A DNA stretch of 64,000 nucleotides from Leptogorgia sarmentosa (lineage: Eukaryota): contig OZ210885.1 of assembly GCA_964658305.1 (NCBI GenBank), positions 9,486,001-9,550,000 on the forward strand. The letters are read 5' to 3'. The notes below the pieces were generated by a model. That model was not told the DNA's origin and did not search any database. It saw only the letters and a program-made list of their open reading frames with translations. The position numbers were made by a program, and so were the translations under genes. Below, one piece after another: positions 28,601-40,600 of this stretch (the stretch's first letter is position 1; every line of letters starts with the position of its first letter).

Positions 28601-31600
28601 ACGCATCAGTGATACCCATTGATATGCGAAGCTACCCGCAAGTGAGCACACCTGGCGATCCACCAAATATGTCCACCACCAGCTTTTCCTTCCAGGCACA
28701 TCAAATGCACAACAAATTTTCGCCATTACCACCTAGAATGTTGGGCAGCGTTCCACCGAGCACTCAATATTCACAAGCGAGCACATCTGGCCATCCACAA
28801 AACATGTCGGCCACTACCAGTTGTTCCTCCCAATCACATTTACCAGCTCAAATGAAGAACCAATTTTCATCATTGCATGCATCTGGAATGATGGCCAGCG
28901 CACCACTGCACACTCAACAGTCGTTGTTCATGGGATCCTTCCGCTTAAAATGGGTCGGGGGTTAGGGTTAGGATCTAGAATCTCCAAATGCTATGGCTGC
29001 GCTCGTAACATCCAAAACCCTCCGATTCAACGGCCGGATGACCTGGTAATCGTGTGTCGCGATTTGCGCCAATTCCGAGACCAAACGACAGGACTTCTGA
29101 CGACAAGCACTGCCCCTCAGAATTGTCATTTCCATTTAAATAGGACGTGCGTCTTAACAAGGTACCCCACCTTTATACCCAGCATGTTGGTAATCGACCG
29201 TGAATTTGTACCACTGTTGCAGGCAGAACATACTAACCGGTTGGCGACACGTTTCGGTATAAATGTACCAATGTGATTCATTGACAGACGATGAAAATCA
29301 AGTTTTTGTTACAGTTATGTTAGGTTGAAACAAAGTTATGTTAGGTTGAAAAATGCCCTTCGTAGATCTAGGACATTCAGAAGAGTGGCTAATGGCAAGT
29401 CCAGGATCTTTTTGCTGCCATCTGTAGCATATATATACATATACATTATGACTATGTACTTCAAAGTTCAAACATATTCAATACATACATGTTTAGGTAA
29501 ACAGAAGCTTTAGATTTAGTTATTAATAGACCTGGGGCCGGTTGTACGAAAGGCGTTTAACTTAAACGGCGTTTAAGCATTATCCAACGTATAAATTTCC
29601 TATCCAGCGGATAGTTAACTAGCGGATAAAATCGCGTTGCACGAAGCCCGTTTAGCATCGCGTTTAACTATACGATGGATAAAAACTTACCCGTAAAAAA
29701 CCGGATTTTCCAGTATTTGTGCACCTCAACTTGGTACTTGAGGGAACTTGAGGGTAAAATGTTGCAGATTTCACTCTCGTATAACATCACGCTTCATGAA
29801 ATTCGAAAACAACGGTACGAGTATATTTTTAACTAGAAATACATACATGCAGCAACCCCTCGCCTTACTAACCAATTAATGCAACTATATTTTTGGAACA
29901 TGAAGTACTACAGAGGCTGCCGGAGGTTGTTGTCATGGCAACACGATCGGAAATTCATATTTCTGTAATTTTTTGAAAACAGTCAAAATATCAGCTTTTA
30001 TCTTTGTTTTATTGGCATTAAATTTCGAGAACCATTTGTTATCCGTACGTTATTAGGACTAATATAAACTTGAATTTGGTGCGAAATACTACATTTATTT
30101 GCATAAAACGGTTTAATTAAGTCAGTCTTTGATATGAAACAATTTCCAGCCAATGTTCGCTCGCGTTCTTTTGGGGTAAAGTTTGTAAATATTTTGTGAA
30201 GTCCTGCCTTTAAAATGATAAACTTATACTCTGGAATTGAGCCGTGAATAGATTAAATGCGGCGACGGCGACCTTTCATACAAATAGTAAACTGTAGATA
30301 GTAAATACGCAAAACAAAAGTTCACTGCCGGCAACCTATTGATGAACTTATCTTGTGTTTCAATCCGTAGTCGTTTGTTCCCCTTTCTCAGCGTTTTATA
30401 TCTTCTGAGAAGGCTTTCCAAGTCTTACAGCGTAGGTCTTGTCTTTTTTTCGCCTTTCCAAAGGCCCAAAAGCTTTAAAAAGCTTCGGCTTTTCATTATA
30501 GTCCAGCTTAATTTTGAGATCAGTGATGACCACCCTTACACCCATAACCCAAAATGGCCCCCAAATCCAGCAACTTTGAATCCGCTATAGCGGAATTATT
30601 ACCCTCGCCCCGGGCTAACGCCCGGACGGCGCTTTGCGCCGTGGCTCAGGGATTAATTTTACAACAACTTCAACATTATATAATCCTTGTCCTTGACCTT
30701 GAATTTTGTTGAATACAATTTTTCGAACATTTTCTCTCATATTTTGATTGGCTTAACAAAGTCGCACCGAGCGAACAAAGTTCTTTCCGAATTTTGGGCT
30801 TTTGGCGTCTTTTTGTTTGTGTATTTATGTACGTTTAATATTTGGTCGTCTACAGCGATTGTTCATTTAAAATGGCTTTAGGTTGGAGTTTTACAGCTAT
30901 TATTAAACACGATATATTAAGTGTGAAGCGGGAAAGTCAAAGAATATAACGTATAAACACGCCGGAAACTCGTGCGTTATGAAAGTATAGCAAGGTCGCA
31001 GCCTTTTATTCATTTTCGAGGTGAATTCAGTTTACCTCAAGACAAGTTAGACAACAAAAGTCGATGGTGAGTGCTCACTTGACTTCTTTTGGTCCGTTGT
31101 AGTAAAGACAGTCCCCCCCTTTCTGTCACAATTCTCCTTCGTTAATCCGAAATCCTCATTATCATGTTTTGAAATGTTAATTTATCCGCCGGATAGTGAG
31201 TTAAACGGTCTCATGAGACCGTTTAACTTTATCCATCGTTTAGCCAAAATTTAACTAGTGGATTGCGCTAAACGGGCTTTGTACAACGCAATTTCTCAAT
31301 CGTTTAAATGGTGTATAGCGACTTAAACGCCTTTCGTACAACCGGCCCCTGTTATAAACCGGCATAACAGTCAGTAGTCGAACCTCTGATGTACTATAGC
31401 TCAGAGTGGCAATTATAATCACTCAGTGTTTACAAGTCTATAATCATTTCACCTTTGGCCAAATGGCTCAGTAAATATATTGCGCATTTTCTCATTCCGG
31501 GTTTTAAAGATTCCGCATTTTCTTATTCCGGGTTTTAAAGATTCCGCATTTTCTCATTCCGGGTTTTAAAGATTCCGCATTTTCTCATTCCGGGTTTTAA

Positions 31601-34600
31601 AGATTCCGCATTTTCTCATTCCGGGTTTTCTCCGTTCCATTCCATTCCGCGATTCCATTCCGCGTTCCCCGTTCCGGGTTTTAAAGATAGCCACCAAGAA
31701 TTTGCATTTTTTTTCTGTACTCAATACGTTAGAGTATTAGTATTTTTTGTCGAGGAAATTATGAAGTAACCCGTAAAGAAAAAATGGAATATTTTTAAAT
31801 TTTGTCGAGAGCCTCAAAACGAAATAGGGATAAAAACACTTTACTTCTACCATAGATCACGTTAGTATCATGTTTATTGATATTAAAATTCGCGTTCATA
31901 GAAATTTCAGGGCTCAAACATGAGCAGTATGAGAAGTTCCACCAAAATTTCTTGCAAGCATAATGTAAGCATTGCGAAGCTTGTACGGTAAATTCCGAGC
32001 ACCCACCGATGATGAAAATATTTGCCGGGCTTCATGTTGTGTTTCTTTCTTTGCATAAGAATGACAAAACGTTTGCTGATTTTGCTCTTTATTTCTATAA
32101 TTTTTGTTTTCAAATTTTCTTCGATATTTTGTACTTATTCAAAGCTCGGTAAAAAGCGCGACCCAGTACACCATTGGCGTTGTTGACCGCACCGAAACAA
32201 CTTGAAAAATTCGTGTTGGTGGAGGTAACTGTATAGTATCTTTCAGACGTTTTCTTGCCGTGGGAATCTTTTCGGCCACAAACACAGCATGCATCTCTGT
32301 CTTTTGCTCCACTTGCAAAATTAGATAATGTAAAAAAAACCAACAAAACACCCAGGAAAACAGCGAAATTTTTGTTTATATTCATTTTATTTACATTTTT
32401 CTAAGGGCATTTTAATTTCCCGCCGCTCGCTCAGGGAAAATCACACGAAGGGGGAAAGATTCGCGCGTGGTTCAAGCAAATTTCCACTGGCCTCAATTTC
32501 AAATATATCTAAATGAAAACAAACACTTCTTTGGCGTTTAGTGGTACCAAACCTATCAACAGGAAAATAGGGCCTCATGATGCTTTAGTTTAGTGTTTGA
32601 GACCCACTTGCTTCACACGTGTTGTGGTCAAATTCTGGCCAAGAATCAAAGACCCAAAAGTTAGTTTACATCATCAAATCTGCTTCGAGAAAGGTCTAGA
32701 AATATAGCTTTTAATTTAGATTTCGTGAGCATAATTTGGTTAGAAATTATTTTTGTATTTGATGAGATTCAAAATTTTGTGTTTATTCAAGTCAGGCTTC
32801 AGTGTAATTATAATGATAACCGGCAATGAAATGAAGATATTTCAAAAAGGGTATGGGTAAAATGCGGATACGGACGGACGGATGGCCGCGGACGGACGGA
32901 CGGACGGACGGAGGGATGCGGACGGACGGACGGACGAAAGGGTAAAATGCGGATATGGTCCACAAAGCGTTGAAAAACGTTTTAAAAGCTCCATCCGCAT
33001 TTTACCCCAAAGGGTAAAATGCGGATATGGTCCACAGAGCGTTGAAAAACGTTTTAAAAGCTCCATCCGCATTTTACCCCAAAGGGTAAAATGCGGATAT
33101 GGTCCACAAAGCGTTGAAAAACGTTTTAAAAGCTCCATCCGCATTTTACCCTTCGGGGTAAAATGCGGATATGGTCCACAAAGCGTTGAAAAACGTTTTA
33201 AAAGCTCCACAAAGCGTTCAAAAACGTTTTAAAAGCTCCATCCGCATTTTACCCTTCAAGGTAAAATGCGGATGGAGCTTTTAAAACGTTTTTCAACGCT
33301 TTGTGGACCATATCCGCATTTTACCCCGAAGGGTAAAATGCGGATGGAGCTTTTAAAACGTTTTTCAACGCTTTGTGGACCATATCCGCATTTTACCCTT
33401 TGGGGTAAAATGCGGATGGAGCTTTTAAAACGTTTTCCAACGCTTTGTGGACCATATCCGCATTTTACCCTTTGGGGTAAAATGCGGATGGAGCTTTTAA
33501 AACGTTTTTGAACGCTTTGTGGACCATATCCGCATTTTACCCTTTGGGGTAAAATGCGGATGGAGCTTTTAAAACGTTTTTCAACGCTTTGTGGACCATA
33601 TCCGCATTTTACCCCGAAGGGTAAAATGCGGATGGAGCTTTTAAAACGTTTTTCAACGCTTTGTGGACCATATCCGCATTTTACCCTTTGGGGTAAAATG
33701 CGGATGGAGCTTTTAAAACGTTTTTCAACGCTTTGTGGACCATTTCCCATTTTACCCCGAAGGGTAAAATGCGGATGGAGCTTTTAAAACGTTTTTGAAC
33801 GCTTTGTGGAGCTTTTAAAACGTTTTTCAACGCTTTGTGGACCATATCCGCATTTTACCCCGAAGGGTAAAATGCGGATGGAGCTTTCAAAACGTTTTTG
33901 AACGCTTTGTGGACCATATCCGCATTTTACCCTTTGGGGTAAAATGCGGATGGAGCTTTTAAAACGTTTTTGAACGCTTTGTGGACCATATCCGCATTTT
34001 ACCCTTTGGGGTAAAATGCGGATGGAGCTTTTAAAACGTTTTTCAACGCTTTGTGGACCATATCCGCATTTTACCCCGAAGGGTAAAATGCGGATGGAGC
34101 TTTTAAAACGTTTTTCAACGCTTTGTGGACCATATCCGCATTTTACCCTTTGGGGTAAAATGCGGATGGAGCTTTTAAAACGTTTTTCAACGCTTTGTGG
34201 ACCATATCCGCATTTTACCCTTTCGTCCGTCCGTCCGCATCCCTCCGTCCGTCCGTCCGTCCGCGGCCATCCGTCCGTCCGTATCCGCATTTTACCCATA
34301 CCCATTTCAAAAACTGACGGTGGCCTCACGATGAAACATTCTAAAAATACTCTCCACTTCATGTATTTTCTTGTGATACTTTAATTGTAAACGTCAAAAT
34401 AGGGCCTTGAACAGTCCCGGGGTTTGCATTTCAGCTTTCGGTAGAAGTGAAATCTCACGCCTCATCACAAGTTATTTTGCTCCGCCGTGATTTGTGCTCT
34501 GTCGCTGATATTTAAACCTTTACGAGATAAATATTGTCATCCTCGTTAGGATACGAACATTTCACAGAAAATTCTAATTATTGCAGATTAACTTGTGACT

Positions 34601-37600
34601 GTAAACAGTAGGTAGAAGTATGCCATTCAGAATCGACACAAGATTTGTTTTGATTGTTCGTGAAATGTACATTTCTTCTTCCCGCAAAATACACGCACGT
34701 CTCGTGGGGATTCCCCGCGCATGCTCAGTCAATTTTCCCACCTATTATTCTTGGCGAGATTAGTCTTTCTTCAAGAGGTGTCAAATCCTTTAAGACATCA
34801 GGCTTTTCTTGGTAACTTATTTTATTCGCCTTATCACAAGTAGGACGTTTGACAGCTTTTAGGTTCGGGAGGTATTACATATCACTTCAGTATTGTCAAT
34901 GCTTTTGAGAAAAGTAATACATAAATCGAGAAATTCTTTTGAACACGACTTATACAAAGAAACATTATATTGGTCTGATACTGGTATTATACTGGTAACA
35001 ACATGTACAAATGTATTCTGGTCCAACACTATAATGTTGGCATGAAATAATTCAATGGCTGTTGATATGTTTGTTGACAACCTCGTATCAGAAGGAGTTA
35101 CATTAATTTTAAAGTTTCAATTGAATTGCCTTGGAAGTTAGATTTTAATCTCGTTTGTTTCCGTACAATACAGTTTCCTTTCAATTTTTAGATGAATTTT
35201 TAGATCCTTTAGTTTTTAGATGATTCCACAACCTTCTCCGGATTTAAATTTCTGTAAAATGCAGTAGCTCGCTCTCTAGATTCTTCAGCTTTTTCAGGAT
35301 TATTATGAATTTACTTTCCAGTGGCTTTCTTGGAGGACCGTTTCACCTTCCCGGGATTTAAATTTCTGTAAAATGCAGTAGCTCGCTTTCGATATTTATC
35401 AGGTTTTTCAGGATTGTTACGAATGTACTTTGCAGTGGCTTTGCAGTGACTGTTTAACCTTCTCGGGATTTCATTCTTTGTATGTTGCAGGAGCTTTTTG
35501 CCAAGCTAGATTCTTTAATTTTTTCAGTGTTCAAATTTTTATAGTTTTTATGACAAGACTTTTTGTTTCAAGTTCTTTGTTTTCAATTTCATCATCTTTT
35601 TCTCACTCTTTTATATATTTTTTCCTCTTCGGGAGGTATTACATATCACTTCAGTATTGTCAATGCTTTTGAGAAAAGTAATACATAAATCGAGAAATTC
35701 TTTTGAACACGACTTATACAAAGAAACATTATATTGGTCTGATACTGGTATTATACTGGTAACAACATGTACAAATGTATTCTGGTCCAACACTATAATG
35801 TTGGCATGAAATAATTCAATGGCTGTTGATATGTTTGTTGACAACCTCGTATCAGAAGGAGTTACATTAATTTTAAAGTTTCAATTGAATTGCCTTGGAA
35901 GTTAGATTTTAATCTCGTTTGTTTCCGTACAATACAGTTTCCTTTCAATATAACACTTTATTTTGAATATTTTGAACTCTTCATACCAGATAGTTTTTAT
36001 TATAAATTCTGCTTTAGTTTTTAGATGATTCCACAACCTTCTCCGGATTTAAATTTCTGTAAAATGCAGTAGCTCGCTCTCTAGATTCTTCAGCTTTTTC
36101 AGGATTATTATGAATTTACTTTCCAGTGGCTTTCTTGGAGGACCGTTTCACCTTCCCGGGATTTAAATTTCTGTAAAATGCAGTAGCTCGCTTTCGATAT
36201 TTATCAGGTTTTTCAGGATTGTTACGAATGTACTTTGCAGTGGCTTTGCAGTGACTGTTTAACCTTCTCGGGATTTCATTCTTTGTATGTTGCAGGAGCT
36301 TTTTGCCAAGCTAGATTCTTTAATTTTTTCAGTGTTCAAATTTTTATAGTTTTTATGACAAGACTTTTTGTTTCAAGTTCTTTGTTTTCAATTTCATCAT
36401 CTTTTTCTCACTCTTTTATATATTTTTTCCTCTCGTCTATTTTTGCTTAATAAGGCAAATCCTTTTTACTTTGATAAATTTTCTGATTTGGATTGAGAAT
36501 CTCGCGAGTTTGATAAGTTTCAGCATCTGTTATTTGATTTGTTTGTACAGAAAAAAATTGTGTGGTAGGCGTAGTTGACACGTAATGCAGTTCATCAGGA
36601 TGGCCTATATAAATATCTCTCGCATTTCATCCTTCAAGCTGAGTATGTAAATAGTTCACAATTGTTGACTCGGAAAAATTGAGTGCACTTTCCGTGATGA
36701 ATTATTCGTAAATTATTTGTATTAGCAACTGCCTGTATAATAATAATATTGTCTGCCCATGTACCAAGTGTCGACATACTGCAACCATGACGGCTCAGTG
36801 TTATGTTCCATGAAATGTTCTGAACAGTTTATTAAATTTTGCATGGCGAGAGCTCTTATTTGGAGATGTTGATCTTCAGTTCCGTATAACGTTGCTGGCT
36901 AACACTACGAAAGAAGTAATTTGCATCACCGACAATATTCACTTGCTTTCGCCCTTTGCGAGCTAATCTTGTCGTCAACACTGACATATGAGTAGCATTC
37001 ACGGGACCCGGATTTAACTGAATATCACCACACACAAATAAGAAACAAATTATCACATGTTTTAAATTTTGTACATTACATTTATTTGCGCGAACAATTT
37101 TAGCATTGTTTAATTCAAAACATTTGTGTTTTCTTGTTCCGATAGTATGCGTGCTAGTAATTGTCAAACTCGTTTTGAGACAATCATTCTTTGCATGAAA
37201 CTTTGTATAGGCTTCAGAAATTGCCACATGTTTGTATTTGCAGGTTTTTGAATCACATTTTTGCGGTATCTTGTAGAGAGAAAATTGTACCAACATGATG
37301 ATTTTTGAATGAAATGAAGCTTTTCATTCTACGCCTTTAGTCTTAATTGTGCTCATTAAATAAACCAACTTTTTCATGGGAATGTCTAGACGGTTCACGA
37401 TCACGTTTTCTAGCATGTCCCAAATGTTTTATACATCATGAGCTACTTTTGTAGATAAAAGTTCACCTTTTATATTCGTATTATAATTATTGCTACTTAG
37501 CTGTAAACTAGCATCGGATGTTGCTTTTGAATACGTGTGATGTGCTCTAAGTCTCATTGACCTTTGATTCATACAAGTAAGCGTCTCATAAGCGTAACTG

Positions 37601-40600
37601 TTTCATATATAAATTTTTCATCATTTCAGATAAGTTAACAATTTGCATAGGTTCTCGATTACAGAAGGGTCGCTGCCAAGTGAAGCGAGTGGCGACAACA
37701 CGTTGGCTATCTCCTTGCCGTTTTCCTCGATTACAGAAGGCTCGCTGGCAAGGGGAAGCGAGTGGCGATAACACGTTGGTTATCTCTTCATCTTTTACTT
37801 TTAAAATCAGCCCTCTGACGAGTCAAGAGGTTTTCAGAAATGTCGCAAGGTTTGCACTTCATTTTCTTCGATCGTATACGAACAACTCCTTGTGTGTTGG
37901 CAAGAACTCATATGACGTTGTGCAACAGCCACATTGATTCATATCGATCAGCCAGCTAATTATTTTCAATACACGCAACGCGTTGTGCACGTGTTCTGGC
38001 TGTTTTATAATGATCTTTGGCATCTTACTCAACTGAGTGTATTTCCATATTTATTGAGCCAATCACCTTGAATTACCCAAAGCATGCTTTACACGTGCGA
38101 TACGAGGTACTGCGTCATGCGCAGACGCACGTAATGTGACGATTACATTTGCTGTAATTACAGCGTTTAAATTTTGTGGCCTTGTGGTAGTCAAACATTG
38201 TTAACCAACTTCACTGATTGACGGCCCCACTCTAAGCGTTCGCCATGTTGTGTAGAAATTTTAATGCCCCGAATGAATGCTTTTGCATAAATTGAAATTC
38301 CGGAGGGACTTTCCGGCATTGTGTACTCTAACTTGTGGGGCTCTTAGGTCACATTAGTGACATTACTCATCTAGCTTACTTTCCTATTCATTAGAGTAAT
38401 TGCAAACAATGCTGAACAACGATTTATAGCTACAATTGCATAATTTTTGTACATGGGAACATTTTGGGAAGAACACGCCCTCCCCCCAAGTTTACACTAT
38501 GAATGAATGACTGATGTGAATTTTCGCCACTCATCAAAATAATGCAAAATTTCTTCGAAACTTTGCGCTAAATAGTGAGGCAACTTAAATAAATCATAGA
38601 AGAATGAGATAAATTAAAGTTCATTATTTGAATTACCTAGGAGTTGAGGACAGATTGAATCTGGCTTTTCATTGATGACTTCGGCAGAGTACATTAACGA
38701 GGATTTGAGAAGTTGGATTTCCTTCGATTCTGTGTCCACAAAACGAAAATCTGATATTACAGAGAATACGTTGACGTGCTTCACTTTTTGTTTGAGCCAG
38801 TGTAGATCAAACAGCAGCTGAAGTAGTTCACCATGTCGTCCCGAAGAATAAATGTGATAGGGTAGGTACTTGAAATAATAGTCTCTTTGGCAGGTAGTTG
38901 AATTATCATTCCATTCACCATCCACGCACAGGCCACGAAGTGTCTTTACGAACTTATCCTGAACATCATTTAGTGTACCCATGTCTTGAAGTTTTGTCTG
39001 GGCAAAATCCAAAAGCAAGTCGTGTACACGATAGCTTCTCTTTCCGTGGAGTTCAGGCCCTGAAATTGATCGAAATGTTAGGAAATTTGTAATGAGACGG
39101 ACAATTTTTCAAATCGCCGTTGAGTAGCTATGGAAGAAATTGTGCTATCAGGTTTTCGTAAATACGAAATGGCTTAGTCACAATAAGAATAATTACTGGC
39201 TATAGTGAGCCAAGAATAATGCAATATCTGTAAAAAGGCACATAGACTTAAGGTAGTCCTAATTCTAATTCCTAAAAAGCAAAGAATGTTTTTTAATTCA
39301 CATGATTCGCCTTATTATTACAAAACATCAATAAAGAAATTACAATAGACACTAGATGAAAATAGATGGTAGGGCTAACCCACAAACTCCAATAACGGGA
39401 TCCTCCAATACGTTATGTTCAGAACTAGTTAATACATTTACTAACAACATGAACTGGCTTTGATTAATATTAAGCCATGATCAAACGAGATGCAAATCAT
39501 CGCAAGTTTTAACTTCTGGGCCATGGAAACGAGGTGGCAATGATTTGAAAAATGTTGGATAAGCAGGCAATGGAGTCAAATTGTTTAAAAGACACATGCA
39601 AAACATACTCTTTGCATGGATGATACAAGAAAACCATTCAGAGTTATTAACGAATTATTCGCCTTAGATAACATTCTATCTTACGCCTTCTCCTTATATT
39701 TCTGTTAATGAAGTCTTAATGAGAGCATTCATATCATTCAAAAGAATTCTTGACGGTTGTACTAGATGTCTATAGTTGGATGCAAGTATACTCACATTCG
39801 CTTTGCTTCACATGCAAAATCGACTTGGAGCAATGAAAATACGCGGTTAGCAGAAATTTTTTTTGGGATCACTTTGCTCGGGAGGTACTGGGTCGAGAAT
39901 ATTATATGGCAATTCTGACTCTAAACAGAAAATATTGTCTTTTCTTATTTTTGTTTTTCTAATCCAGGTCCAAACAGTAATTCTGACCCTAATAACAAAA
40001 TGCTGAGAAAAAGAGCTTGAAAAAAACAAACAAAATGACAAAAAGCCAACACGCGAGATTCGAATTTGCAGGTTCGCTACTGGCGAGCCGGGACCACAAC
40101 CTCTGAGCCAACTATTTTATATGAATAGATTTTGCAATACAATAAAATTTATAAAGTACGCGCGGTTACTAAGTATCCCAAAGAAAGTGATCCCAAAATA
40201 AATTTCTGCACGCGGTTAAGACACGCAAACGTTGTTCGGTTTAGTTTTCCCGTCAATCCAGGATGAAATCTCGATCCACTTTGCAACCTGTATTACTGGT
40301 TCACTGAATGTTGTAAATGTTCGTGACTAATGACAATACTTCAAAGTGAACTTCGCACTAAATATAAAAATTTTTCGGTGCAAAACTGAATTTTAACAAT
40401 TTTTCATGCAAAACTGTTAAAATATAAAACTATATTTAACAATTATACCATGAGCTCGAGTCGTATATGAGCTGATAGCCGACGAGTTGGCTATCAGCCA
40501 TATACGACGAGAGCGAATGGTATAATTGTTTTATTATATAGACAAAAGGCGAACATTATAAATTTTATTAAAATCATTCATTTGAAGGAAACGCTCAGCC

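Larger units (their letters stand above)
23178..31692 (+). mobile_element. Mutator-like (MULE) transposon with foldback-type ends, carrying a protein kinase
   Basis: TIR GGCTATCTTTAAAACCCGGAACGGG at both ends; inverted arrays of a 31-bp subterminal repeat; 9-bp ACCAAGAAT at 23162-23170 and 31693-31701 (left copy offset by 7 nt); internal DDE transposase with SWIM. Confidence 0.9.
22434..34745. mobile_element. DNA transposon with 7-8 bp TSD inserted in the Helitron ORF; hosts the MULE and the foldback element
   Basis: TATTCTTG occurs at 22426-22433 and 34746-34753. Imperfect TIRs agaggttggaattttgtct / ataggtgggaaaattgact. Removing the block restores the Helitron peptide ISPRI-PFMQL. Confidence 0.75.
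20700..38570 (-). mobile_element. Degenerate Helitron/Helentron with OTU, DUF6570-like and Rep remnants; 3' end uncertain
   Basis: OTU motifs IVGDANYFFRSVSQ, GTWADNIIIQAVAN and IYIGHPDELHYVST (36570-36940); GPEYICTCC; LTPLEERLISPRI|PFMQLRELP...GGQLSIHGNV; Rep motif RGSPHIYGLFW and CRFNFPLP (21300-21520). The terminus gaaactttgcgcta at 38570 resembles that of the 13762-15048 element. Confidence 0.85.

Noticed and set aside
26219..28732. Minus-strand ORFs over the transposase
   Set aside because: Antisense shadows of the plus-strand coding region.
32842..34384. Repetitive ORFs and a superficially CRISPR-like array
   Set aside because: Units are 72 bp (a multiple of 3) with no unique spacers and no cas genes; the array is a TSD-flanked foldback element.
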